Assembly (NCBI RefSeq): GCF_009914755.1
Contig: NC_060947.1
Origin: the human T2T-CHM13v2.0 reference genome, Homo sapiens
Direction: 5' to 3' (one strand)
DNA length: 64,000 nucleotides
Shown: positions 12,149 through 23,225 of the stretch, piece by piece
Layout: each line of letters begins with the position of its first letter
Position numbering within the stretch: position 1 is the stretch's first letter
The notes under the pieces: model-generated
What the model was told of the DNA's origin: nothing
Seen by the model: only the letters and a program-made list of their open reading frames with translations
The model's database searches: none
Made by a program: the position numbers and the translations under genes

Positions 12149-13981
12149 GCGAGGAACTAGAAATACTCTGCCTACCATCCCAGATATGCACAAGGAAGGT
12201 TGCCTTTCTTGTCTTTATTAGGGGCTAGATGAAAAAACATTCTTGCATGAATACAGGAGCCTGAGGCCAACATTATATATCACTGTGGAGTCTAAATTTA
12301 CACTTCATGCAAGATTTCTCTAAGCTGTGAAATTAACACAAAAACTGATCAAGGATGGATAAGATCTTTTGAGTACTTACAGAAACAACTTAAAACTGTT
12401 TTGTTGAAACACTTCCACAATTTAAGGTGGCTGTGACACTGGAGTGGGGAATTCGTACTGAAGATGGGCTCACTCTAAGTATTTGCAAACCTCTTAGAGA
12501 AATGATTCATGATGAGGAAGAGTCAAGAAACACAAAACACAGGATTAGTGACTCTTGAAGCGTAACAAATCCAGCTGAATAATCTATGTTTTAAAAGTGT
12601 GTTTAAAAATAATTTTGAGAGAAAAGGATAAATTAAAACTAAGTTCAAAAGAATAAACAATATATATATTTTTAAAAGCCTCATGCCTTTGAAAAAGAAC
12701 CAGATAGAATGTCAAGAAATGAAATATAAAATCATTAAAATTTTAAAAGTCATTGAAAGTTTGAAACAATAGATTTGGCTCAGTGGAAGGGGGAATTAGT
12801 TGAACTAGAAGATAGATCTGAAAAAATTATTTCTAATTACCATAGAGTGATAATGAGGTAAAAATTTTAAAAGAGAGATTAGGACACATGAAGGATACAG
12901 GAATAGTTCTAACATATGCCTAATAGAGTTCCAGGAAGAAAGTCTAGAGGTAATGACAGGGAAGGAATAATTGAAGGGATAATATATTAAGTATTGTATT
13001 AAAGGTCTGCTTATCACATTTACATTTGCTATCTCATTAATTATCAACATAGAGGAGTGAGATTCACTATTATCCTTATTTTCAGTTGAGAAAAATCAGA
13101 CTTTGAAAAGCTACATAACACAGCATTATCTTCCTCTTCCCTCCATAGTGGTGTCTGTGCAAGCCCCATCCCCCTATCCCACTGACACTGATCTTTGGCC
13201 AAGGTCACCAAAAGCTTCTGTGTGGTTGAATCCAGTGGGCACTGACCGCTGGCCTCTTTCCGGCCCCCACAGCAAAAGAATAAGCATTCCTATCTTTCCA
13301 GCCTCTATCTTCTTTGCTTGTTCCTTTGTTTTATTTTATATTCAGGAGGTACATGTGCAGGTTTGTCACATGAATATTTTGCATAATGCTGAGGTTTGGG
13401 CATCTAGTGAACCCATCATCCAAATAGTGAATATATACCCAATAGTTTTTTGACTCTTGTCCTCTTCCCACTCCCCCACTTTGGAGCCCCCAGTGTCTAT
13501 GATTTCCATCTTTATGTTCATGTGTACCCATTGTTTAGCTCCCACTTATAAGTGAGAATACACAGTATTTGATTTTCTGATTTTGAGTTATTTCATTCAG
13601 GATAATGACCTCCAGCTCCATTCATGTTGCTGTGAAGATCATAATTTCATTATTTGTTATTGCTGCATAGTATTCCATGGTGTATATATACCACAATTTC
13701 TTTATCCAGTCGACTGTTGATGGACACTTAGGTTGATTCCACAACTTTGCTATTGTCAATAGTGCTGCAATAAATGTTCGAGTGCTAGTGTCTTTCTCAT
13801 AAAATAATTTATTTTCCTTTGAGTAGACATCCAATAGTGGGGTTGCTAGGTCCAACAGTAGTTCTATTTTTAGTTTTTTGAGAAATCTCCAAACTGTTTT
13901 CAATAGGGGTTGAATTAATTTACATTCCCACCAACCGTGTATAAATGTTCCCTTTTCTCCGCATCCTCGCCAGCATCTGTT

Positions 13982-14246
13982 ATTTTATTTCATTTTTTTA
14001 TTATACTTTAAGTTCTAGGATACATGTGCACAACATGCAGGTTTGTTACATATGTATACATGTGCCATGTTGGTGTGCTGCACCCATTAACTGGTCATTT
14101 AGCCTTAGGTATATCTCCTAATGCTATCCCTCCCCGCTCCCCTAACCCGGACAACAGACTCCAGTGTGTGATGTTCCCCATCCTGTGTCCAGGTGTTCTC
14201 ATTGTTCAATTCCCACCTATGAGTGAGAACATGTGGTGTTTGGTTT
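13982..14246 (-). mobile_element. Young L1PA (about PA4-5) 3'-terminal fragment
   Basis: T-rich tail followed by ttatacttttaagttctaggatacatgtgcacaac; cut off by the next L1 tail. Confidence 0.9.
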
Positions 14247-14748
14247 TCTTTATTTTATTTTATTATTATTATACTTTAAGGTTCAGGATACATGTGCACA
14301 ATGTGCAGGTTTGTTACATATGTATACATGTGCCATGTTGGTGTGCTGCACCCATCAACTCGTCATTTAGCATTAGGTATATCTCCTAATGCTATCCCTC
14401 CCCCCTCCCCCCACCCCACAACAGTCCCCAGAGCGTGATGTTTCCCTTCCTGTGTCCATGTGTTCTCATTGTTCAATTCCCACCTATGAGTGAGAACATG
14501 CAGTGTTTGATTTTTTGTCCTTGCGATAGTTTGCTGAGAATGATGGTTTCCAGTTTCATCCATGTCCCTACAAAGGACACGAACTCTTCATTTTTTATGG
14601 CTGCATAGTATTCCATGGTGTATATGTGCCACATTTTCTTAATCCAGTCTATCGTTGTTGGACATTTGGGTTGGTTCCAAGTCTTTGCTATTGTGAATAG
14701 TGCCGCAATAAACATACATGTGCATGTGTCTTTATAGCAGCATGATTT
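14247..14748 (-). mobile_element. Young L1PA (about PA4) 5'-truncated insertion, no TSD
   Basis: Second tail plus 3'UTR, and ORF2 C-terminus (ORF 14473-14751). Confidence 0.9.
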
Positions 14749-15609
14749 CATGCTGTCAGTGGGGTGTTGAACTCCCCCACTTTTATGGTATGGCTGTCTA
14801 TCTTTTTCTTAGGTGTAATAGTATTTGTTTTATAAATGTAGGTACTCTGGTATTGTGTGCCTAAGTATTTAGGATAGTTAAATATTTTTGTTGAATTGAA
14901 CCCTTTATCATTATATAATGTACTTTGTTTTCATTTTATATTATTGTTAGTTTAAAGTCTGTTTTATCTGATATGAGAATAGCAACCCCTGCTCATATTT
15001 GTTTTCTATTTGCATGATATGTCTTTCTACACTCCTTTACTTTGAGCCTGTGGTGATATTACACACTAGGTGGGTTTCTTGAATGCAGCAAATGGTTGGG
15101 TCTTGGTTTTTTTTCATCAAATTTGCCAATCTATGTGTTTTTATTTGAGGATTTAGTCCGTTTACATTAAAGGTTAATATTGATATGTGAGGTTTTGTTC
15201 TTGTCATAGTGTTGTTAGCTAGTTGCTTTTGTATTTTCAATTGTGTAATTGCTTTAATAGTATCTGTGAACTTTGTACTTATGTGTAGTTTTATAGTAGC
15301 AAGTATCATCCTTTCATTTCCACATTTAGAAATCCTTTGAATATTTCTTGTATTATTGGTCTAGTGATGATGAAATCTCTTAGTGTTTACTTGTCTGGGA
15401 AAGACATTATTTCTTCTTTGTTTATGAAGCTAAGTTTAGCAGGATGTAAAATGCTTGGCTGGCGTTTTTTTCTTTAAGAAGGCTAAAAATAGGCCCCTAA
15501 TCTCTTCTGGCTTTTAAGATTTCTACTGAGAAATCTGCTATTAGTCTGATTGTATTACTTTTATAGGTAATTTAACCCTTTTGTCTGGCCACCTTTAAGA
15601 TGTTTTCTT

Positions 15610-15908
15610 GAACCAAAACTACATGTTATCACTTATAAGTGGTAGCTGAACAATGAAAACACATGGACACAGGGAGGGGAACAACCCACACTGGGGCCTG
15701 TCGGTGGGGTGGGGGGAGGGAGAGCATCAAGACAAATAGCTAATGCATGCAGGGTTTAATACCTAGGTAAGGGGTTGATAGGTGCAGCAAACCACCATGG
15801 CACACGTTTACCTGTGTAACAAACCTGCACGTTCTGCACATGTATCCTGGAACTTAAAAAAAAAAATAAGAAGAAGGAAATATTTTCAACTGTGTAAAGC
15901 TTTAAAAG
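15610..15908 (+). mobile_element. 5'-truncated L1PA (about PA8) 3'UTR with A-tail and 42 bp of extra 3' sequence
   Basis: L1 3'UTR, A-tail at 15856-15866, and 13-bp TSD aagatgttttctt at 15597-15609 and 15909-15921. Confidence 0.9.
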
Positions 15909-16190
15909 AAGATGTTTTCTTTAGTGTTGACCTTGGATAGTTTGACTATATGCCTTAGTGATGTTCATCTTGTATACTAGGTTGCAGATGTTCTCGGAAA
16001 TTCTTGTATCTGGATGTCTACCTCCCTAGCAAGATTAGGGAAATTTTCCTGAATTATTCCCTCAAATGTGTTTTCCAAGTTGCTTACCTTTTCTACTTTT
16101 CTCTCAAGAATGACTATAAGTCATATGTTTGGTTGCTTTACATAATCCTGGCTTTCTTGAAGGCTTTGTTCATTTTTTAAAATTCTTTTT

Positions 16191-16720
16191 ATTTATTTAT
16201 TTATTTTGTATTATTATTATACTTTAAGTTTTAGGGTACATGTGCACAATGTGCCGGTTAGTTACATATGTATACATGTGCCATGCTGGTGTGCTGCACC
16301 CATTAGCTCGTCATTTAGCATTAGGTATATCTCCTAATGCTATCCCTCCCCCCTCCCCCCACCCCACAACAGTCCCCAGAGTGTGATGTTCCCCTTCCTG
16401 TGTCCAGGTGTTCTCATTGTTCAATTCCCATCTATGAGTGAGAACATGCGGTGTTTGGTTTTTTGTCCTTGCGATAGTTTACTGAGAATGATGATTTCCA
16501 ATTTCATCCATGTCCCTACAAAGCACATGAACTCATCATTTTTTATGGCCGCATAGTATTCCATGGGGTATATGTGCCACATTTTCTTAATCCAGTCTAT
16601 CATTGTTGGACATTTGGGTTGGTTCCAAGTCTTTGCTATTGTGAATAGTGCCGCAATAAACATACGTGTGCATCAAAGGACTATAAATCATGCTGCTATA
16701 AAGACACATGCACACGTATG
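16191..16720 (-). mobile_element. L1PA3-like 5'-truncated insertion with 5' inversion
   Basis: 3'UTR diagnostics (gctaaatgacgag, caccagcatgg and aactaacc on the minus strand). Inverted piece at 16674-16723. TSD tttaaaattcttttt at 16176-16190 and 16721-16735. Confidence 0.9.
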
Positions 16721-18706
16721 TTTAAAATTCTTTTTTCTTTATTTTTGCCTGACTGGGTTAGTTCAGAAGACTGGTCTTCAGGCTCTGAAATTCTTTGTTC
16801 TGCTTGGTCTAGTCTATTGTTAAAAGTTTCAACTATATTTTGAAATTCCTTCAGTGATTTTTTCAATTCCAGAAGTTCTATTTCACTTTTTAAAATTATA
16901 GCTATTTTGTCTTTCCTATCCTTAATCATTTTTCTTTCTTTTTTTTATTTTACTTTAAGTTCTAGGGTACATGTGCACAATGTGCAGGTTTGTTACGTAT
17001 GCCATGTTGGTGTGCTGCACCCATTAACTCATCATTTACATTAGGTATATGTCCTAATGCTATCCCTCCCCCCTCCCCCAACCCCCCGGCAGACCCCGGT
17101 GTGTGATGTTCCCCACCCTGTGTCCATGTGTTCTCATTGTTCAATTCTCACCTATGAGTGAGAACATGCGGTGTTTGGTTTTCTGTCCTTGTGATAGTTG
17201 GCTCAGAATGATGGTTTCCAGCTTCATCCGTGTCCCTACAAAGGACATGAACTCATCCTTTTTTATGGCTGCATAGTATTCATGGTATATATGTGCCACA
17301 TTTTCTTAATCCAGTCTATCATTGTTGGACATTTGGGTTGGTTCCAAGTCTTTGCTATTGTGAATAGTGCTGCAATAAACATACGTGTGCATGTGTCTTT
17401 ATAGCAGCATGATATACGATCCTTTGGGTATATGCCCAGTAATGGGATGGCTGGGGCAAATGGTATTTCTAGTTCTAGATCCTTGAGGAATCGCCACACT
17501 GTTTTCCACAATGGTTGAACTACTTCACAGTCCTGCCAACCATGTAAAAGTGTTCCTATTTCTCCACATCCTCTCCAGCACCTGTTGTTTCCTGACTTTT
17601 TAATGATCACCTTTCTAACTGGTATGAGATGGTATCTCATTGTGGTTTTGATTTGCATTTCTCTGATGGCCAGTTATGATGAGCATTTTTTCATGTGTTT
17701 GGTGGCTGCATAAATGTCTTCTTTTGAGAACTGTCTGTTCATGTCCTTCACCCACTTTTTAATGGGGTTGTTTGATTTTTTCTTGTAAATTTGTTTAAGT
17801 TCTCTGTAGATTCTGGATATTAGCCCTTTGTCAGATGGGTAGATTGTAAAAATTTTCTCCCATTTTATAGGTTGCCTGTTCACTCTGATGGTAGTTTCTT
17901 TTGCTGGGCAGAAGCTCTTTAGTTTAATTAGATCCCATTTGTCAATTTTGGCTTTGTTGCCATTGCTTTTGGTGTTTTAGTCATGAAGTCCTTGCCCATG
18001 CCTGTGCCCTGAATGGTATTGCCTAGGTTTTCTTCTAGGGTTTTTATGGTTTTAGGTCTAACATTTAAGTCTTTAATCCATCTTGAATTGATTTTTGTAT
18101 AAGGTGTAAGGAAGGTATCCAGTTTCAGCTTTCTACATATGGCTAGCCAGTTTTCCCAGCACCATTTATTAAATAGGGAATCCTTTCCCCATTGCTTGTT
18201 TTTGTCAGGTTTGTCAAAGATCAGATGGTTGTAGATGTGTGGTATTATTTCTGAGGGCTCTGTTCTGTTCCATTGGTCTCTATCTCTGTTTTGGTACCAG
18301 TATCATGCTGTTTTGGTTATTGTAGCCTTGTAGTATAGTTTGAAGTCAGGTAGCGTGATGACTCCAGCTTTGTTCTTTTGGCTTAGGATTGTCTTGGCAA
18401 TGTGGGCTCTCTTTTGGTTCCATAGGAAATTTAAAGTAGTTGTTTCCAATTCTGTGAAGAAATGCATTGGTAGCTTGATGGGGATGGCATTGAATCTATA
18501 AATTACCTTGGGCAGTATGGCCATTTTCACAATATTGATTCTTCCTATCCGTGAACATGGAATGTTCTTCCATTTGTTTGTGTCCTCTATTATTTCGCTG
18601 AGCAGTGGTTTGTAGTTCTCCTTGAAGACGTCTTTCACATCCCTTGTAAGTTGGACTCTTAGGTATTTTATTCTCTTTGAAGCAATTGTGAATGGGAGTT
18701 CACTCA

Positions 18707-19207
<501 letters not shown>

Positions 19208-21784
19208 TTATATGATGGATTATGTTTATTGATTTGTGTATATTGAACCAGCCTTGCATCCCAGGGATGAAGCCAACTTGTTCGTGGTGGATAAGCTTTT
19301 TGATGTGCTGCTGGATTTGGTTTGCCAGTAATTTATTGAGGATTTTTGCATCAATGTTCATCAGGGATATTAGTCTAAAATTCTCTTTTTTTGTTGTGTC
19401 TCTGCCAGGCTTTGGTATCAGGATGATGCTGGCCTCATAAAATGACTTAGGGAGGATTCCCTCTTTTTCTATTGATTGGAATAGTTTCAGAAGGAATGGA
19501 ACCAGCTCCTCTTTGTAACTCTGGTAGAATTCGACTGTGAATCCATCTGGTCCTAGACTTTTTTTGGTTGGTAAACTATTAATTATTGCCTCAGTGTCAG
19601 AGGCTGTTATTGGTCTATTCAGGGATTCAACTTCTTCCTGGTTGAGTCTTGGGAAAGCGTATGTGTCCAGGAATTTATCCATTTCTTCTAGATTTTCTAG
19701 TTTATTTGTGTAGAGGTGTTTATAGTATTCTCTGATGGTAGTTTGTATTTCTGTGGGATCGGTGGTGATATCCCCTTTATCATTTTTTATTGTGTCTATT
19801 TGATTCTTCTCTCTTTTCTTCTTTATTAGTCTTGCTAGCAGTCCATCAATTTTGTTGATCTTTTCAAAAAACCAGCTCCTGGATTCATTGATTTTTTGAA
19901 GGGTTTTTTGTGACTCTATCTCCTTCAGTTCTGCTCTGATCTTACTTATTTCTTGCATTCTGCCAGCTTTTGAATGTGTTTGCCTTGCTTCTCTAGTTCT
20001 TTTAATTGTGATGTTAGGGTGTCAATTTTAGATCTTTCCTGCTTTTTCTCTTGTGGGCATTTAGTGCTATGTTTCCCTCTACACACTGCTTTAAATGTGT
20101 CCCAGAGATTCTGATATGTTGTGTTTTTGTTCTCATTGGTTTCAAAGAACATCTTTATTTCTGCCTTCATTTTGTTATGTACCCAGTAGTCATTCAGGAG
20201 CAGGTTGTTCAGTTTCCATGTTGTTGAGTGGTTTTGAGTGAGTTTCTTAATCCTGAGTTCTAGTTTGATTGCCCTGTGGTCTGAGAGACAGTTTGTTATA
20301 ATTTCTGTTCTTTTACATTTGCTGAGGAGTGCTTCACTTCCAAATATGTGGTCAATTTTGGAACAAGTGTGATGTGGTGCTGAGAAGAATGTATATTCTG
20401 TTGTTTTGGGGTGGAGAGTTCTGTAGATGTCTATCAGGTCCACTTGGTGCAGAGCTGAGTTCAATTCCTGGATATGCTTGTTAACTTTCTGTCTCATTGA
20501 TCTGTCTAATGTTGACAGTGGAGTGTTAAAGTGTCCCATTATTATTGTGTGGGAGTCTAAGTCTCTTTTTAGGTGTCTCAGGACTTGCTTTATGAATCTG
20601 GGTGCTCCTGTATTGGGTGCATATAAATTTAGGATAGTTAGCTCTTCTTGTTGAATTGATCCCTTTACCATTATGTAATAGCCTTGTCTCTTTTGATCTT
20701 TGTTGATTTAAAGTCAGTTTTATCAGAGACTAGGATTGCAACCCCTGCTTTTTTTTTGTTTTCCATTTGCTTGGTAGATCTTCCTCCATCCCTTTATTTT
20801 GAGCCTATGTGTGTCTCTGCACATGAGATGGGTCTCCTGAATACAGCACACTGATGGTTCTTGACTCTTTATCCAATCTGCCAATCTGTGTCTTTTAATT
20901 GGAGCATTTAGCCCATTTACATTTAAGGTTAATATTGTTATGTGTGAATTTGTTCCTGTCATTATGATGTTAGCTGGTTATTTTGCTCATTAGTTGATGC
21001 AGTTTCTTCGTAGTATTGATGGTCTTTACAATTTGGCATGTTTTTGCAGTGGCTGGTGCTGGTTGTTCCTTTGCATTTTTAGTGCTTCCTTCAGGAGCTC
21101 TTGTAAGGCAGGCCTGGTGGTGAAAAAATCTCTCAGCATTTGTTTGTCTGTAAAGTATTTTATTTCTCCATCACTTATGAAGCTTAGTTTGGCTGGATAT
21201 GAAATTCTGGGTTGAAAATTCTTTTCTTTAAGAATGTTGAATATTGGCCCTCACTCTCTTCTGGCTTGTAGAGTTTCTGCCGACAGATCAGCTGTTAGTC
21301 TGATGGGCTTCCCTTTGTGGGTAACCCGGCCTTTCTCTCTGGCTGCCCTTAACATTTTTTCCTTCATTTCAACTTTGGTGAATCTGACAATTATGTGTCT
21401 TGGAGTTGCTCTTCTCGAGGAGTATCTCTGTGGCATTCTCTGTATTTCCTGAATTTGAATGTTGGCCTGCCTTGCTAGATTGGGGAAATCCTCCGGATGA
21501 TATCCTGCAGAGTGTTTTCCAAGTTGGTTCCATTCTCCCCGTCACTTTCAGGTACACCAATCAGATGTAGATTTGGTCTTTTCACATAGTCCCATATTTC
21601 TTGGAGGCTTTGTTCATTTCTTTTTACTTTTTTTTCTCTAAACTTCTCTTCTTGCTTCATTTCATTCATTTGATCTTCAATCACTGATACCCTTTCTTCC
21701 AGTTGATCGAATCGGCCACTGAAGCTTGTGCATTCATCACGTAGTTCTCGTGCCATGGTTTTCAGCTCCATTGTCTGAAGCCTT

Positions 21785-22523
21785 CTGACACCTCATAAGG
21801 CCGGGTGCCCCTCTCAGACAAAGCCTCCAGAGGAAGGATTAGGCAGCAATATTTGCTGTTCTGCAGCCTCCACTGGTGATACCCAGGCAAATAGGGTCTG
21901 GAATGGACCTCCAGCAAACTCCAACAGACCTGCAGCTGAGGGTCCTGACTGTTAGAAGGAAAACCAACAGACAGAAAGGACATCCACACCAAAACCCCAT
22001 CTGTATGTCACCAGCATCAAAGACCAAAGGTAGATAAAACCACAAAGATGGGGAGAAACCAGAGCAGAAAAGCTGAAAATTCTAAAAATCAGAGCGCCTC
22101 TTCTCCAAAGGAATGCAGCTCGGCCTTCTTCTCTCAACTCGTCAAAGTCGTTCTCCGTCCAGCTTTGTTCTGTTGCTGGCGAGGAGCTGCGTTTCTTTGG
22201 AGGAGAAGAGGCACTCTGATTTTTAGAATTTTCAGCTTTTCTTCTCTGGTTTCTCCCCATCTTTGTGGTTTTATCTACCCTTGGTCTTTGATGCTGGTGA
22301 CATATAGACGGGGTTTTGGTGTGGATGTCCTTTCTGTTTGTTAGTTTTCCTTCTAACAGTCAGGACCCTCAGCTGCAGGTCTGTTGGAGTTTGCTGGAGG
22401 TCCACTCCAGACCCTGTTTGCCTGGGTATCAGCAGTTTAGGCTGCAGAACAGCAAATATTGCTGCCTAATCCTTCCTCTGGAAGCTTTGTCTCAGAGGGG
22501 CACCCGGCCTTATGAGGTGTCAG
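21785..22523. repeat. Long inverted repeat: arms 21785-22121 and 22184-22523, 62-bp spacer
   Basis: The left arm is the reverse complement of the same L1's 5'UTR end and ORF1 start. Mirror ORFs MGRNQSRK (+, 22048) and MGRNQRRK (-, 22260). Confidence 0.95.
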
Positions 22524-23225
22524 TCACCCCCCTATGGGGAGGTGCCTCCCAGTTAGGCTACTCGAGGGTCAGGGACCCACTTGGGGAGGCAGTCTGTCTC
22601 AAACTCCGTGCTGGGAGAGCCACTACTCTCTTCAAAGCTGTCAGACAGGGACATTTAAGTCTGCAGGAGTTTCTGCTGCCTTTTGTTCAGCTATGACTTG
22701 CCCCTTGAGGTGGAGTCTACAGAGGCAGGCAGGCCTGCTTGAGCTGTGGTGGGCTCCACCCAGTTCGAGCTTCCTGGTGGCTTTGTTTACCTACTCAAGC
22801 CTCAGTAATGGCAGACGCCCCTCCCCCAGCCTGGCTGCCACCTTGCAGTTCGATCTCAGATTGCTGTGCTAGCAGTGAGGGAGGCTCTGTGGGCATGGGA
22901 CCCTCCGAGCCAGGCACGGGATATAATTTCCTGGTGTGCCGTTTGCTAAGGCCATTGGAAAAGTGCAATATTAGGGTCGAGTGTCCCAATTTTCCAGGTG
23001 CCATCTGTCACGTCTTCCCTTTGCTAGGAAAGGGAATTCCTCGACCCCTTGCACTTCCTGGGTGAGGCGATGCCTCTCCCTGCTCTGCGGGCTGCACCCA
23101 CTTCTCTGGCAAGCCCCAGTGAGATGAACCCAGTACCTCAGTTGGAAATGCAGAAATCACCCATCTTCTGCGTCGTTCACGCTGGGAGCTGTAGACTGGA
23201 GCTGTTCCTATTCGGCCATCTTGGC
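22300..23225. promoter_or_regulatory. L1 5'UTR with sense promoter (minus strand; YY1 site) and antisense promoter (plus strand)
   Basis: YY1 motif aagatggcc intact (reverse complement ggccatctt at ~23214-23222). Promoter positions follow from known L1PA architecture; many CpGs have decayed. Confidence 0.6.
22808..23065 (+). CDS. L1 antisense ORF0 homologue, open for 85 codons, C-terminus divergent
   Basis: MADAPPPAWLPPCSSISDCCASSEGGSVGMGPSEPGTGYNFLVCRLLRPLEKCNIRV resembles recalled ORF0p (MAGAPPPASLPPCSLISDCCAS...SEKRNIRV). Expression unknown. Confidence 0.6.
   Translation: MADAPPPAWLPPCSSISDCCASSEGGSVGMGPSEPGTGYNFLVCRLLRPLEKCNIRVECPNFPGAICHVFPLLGKGIPRPLALPG

Larger units (their letters stand above)
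10600..12990 (+). mobile_element. Fragmented ancient L1M/HAL1-like 5'UTR-ORF1 relic, interrupted by MLT1, MER2 and THE1
   Basis: L1 5'-end-like ggttctggcaagatagctgac at ~10600. ORF1 coiled-coil-like A-rich sequence (gaactagaagatagatctgaa) at 12700-12960. Confidence 0.5.
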
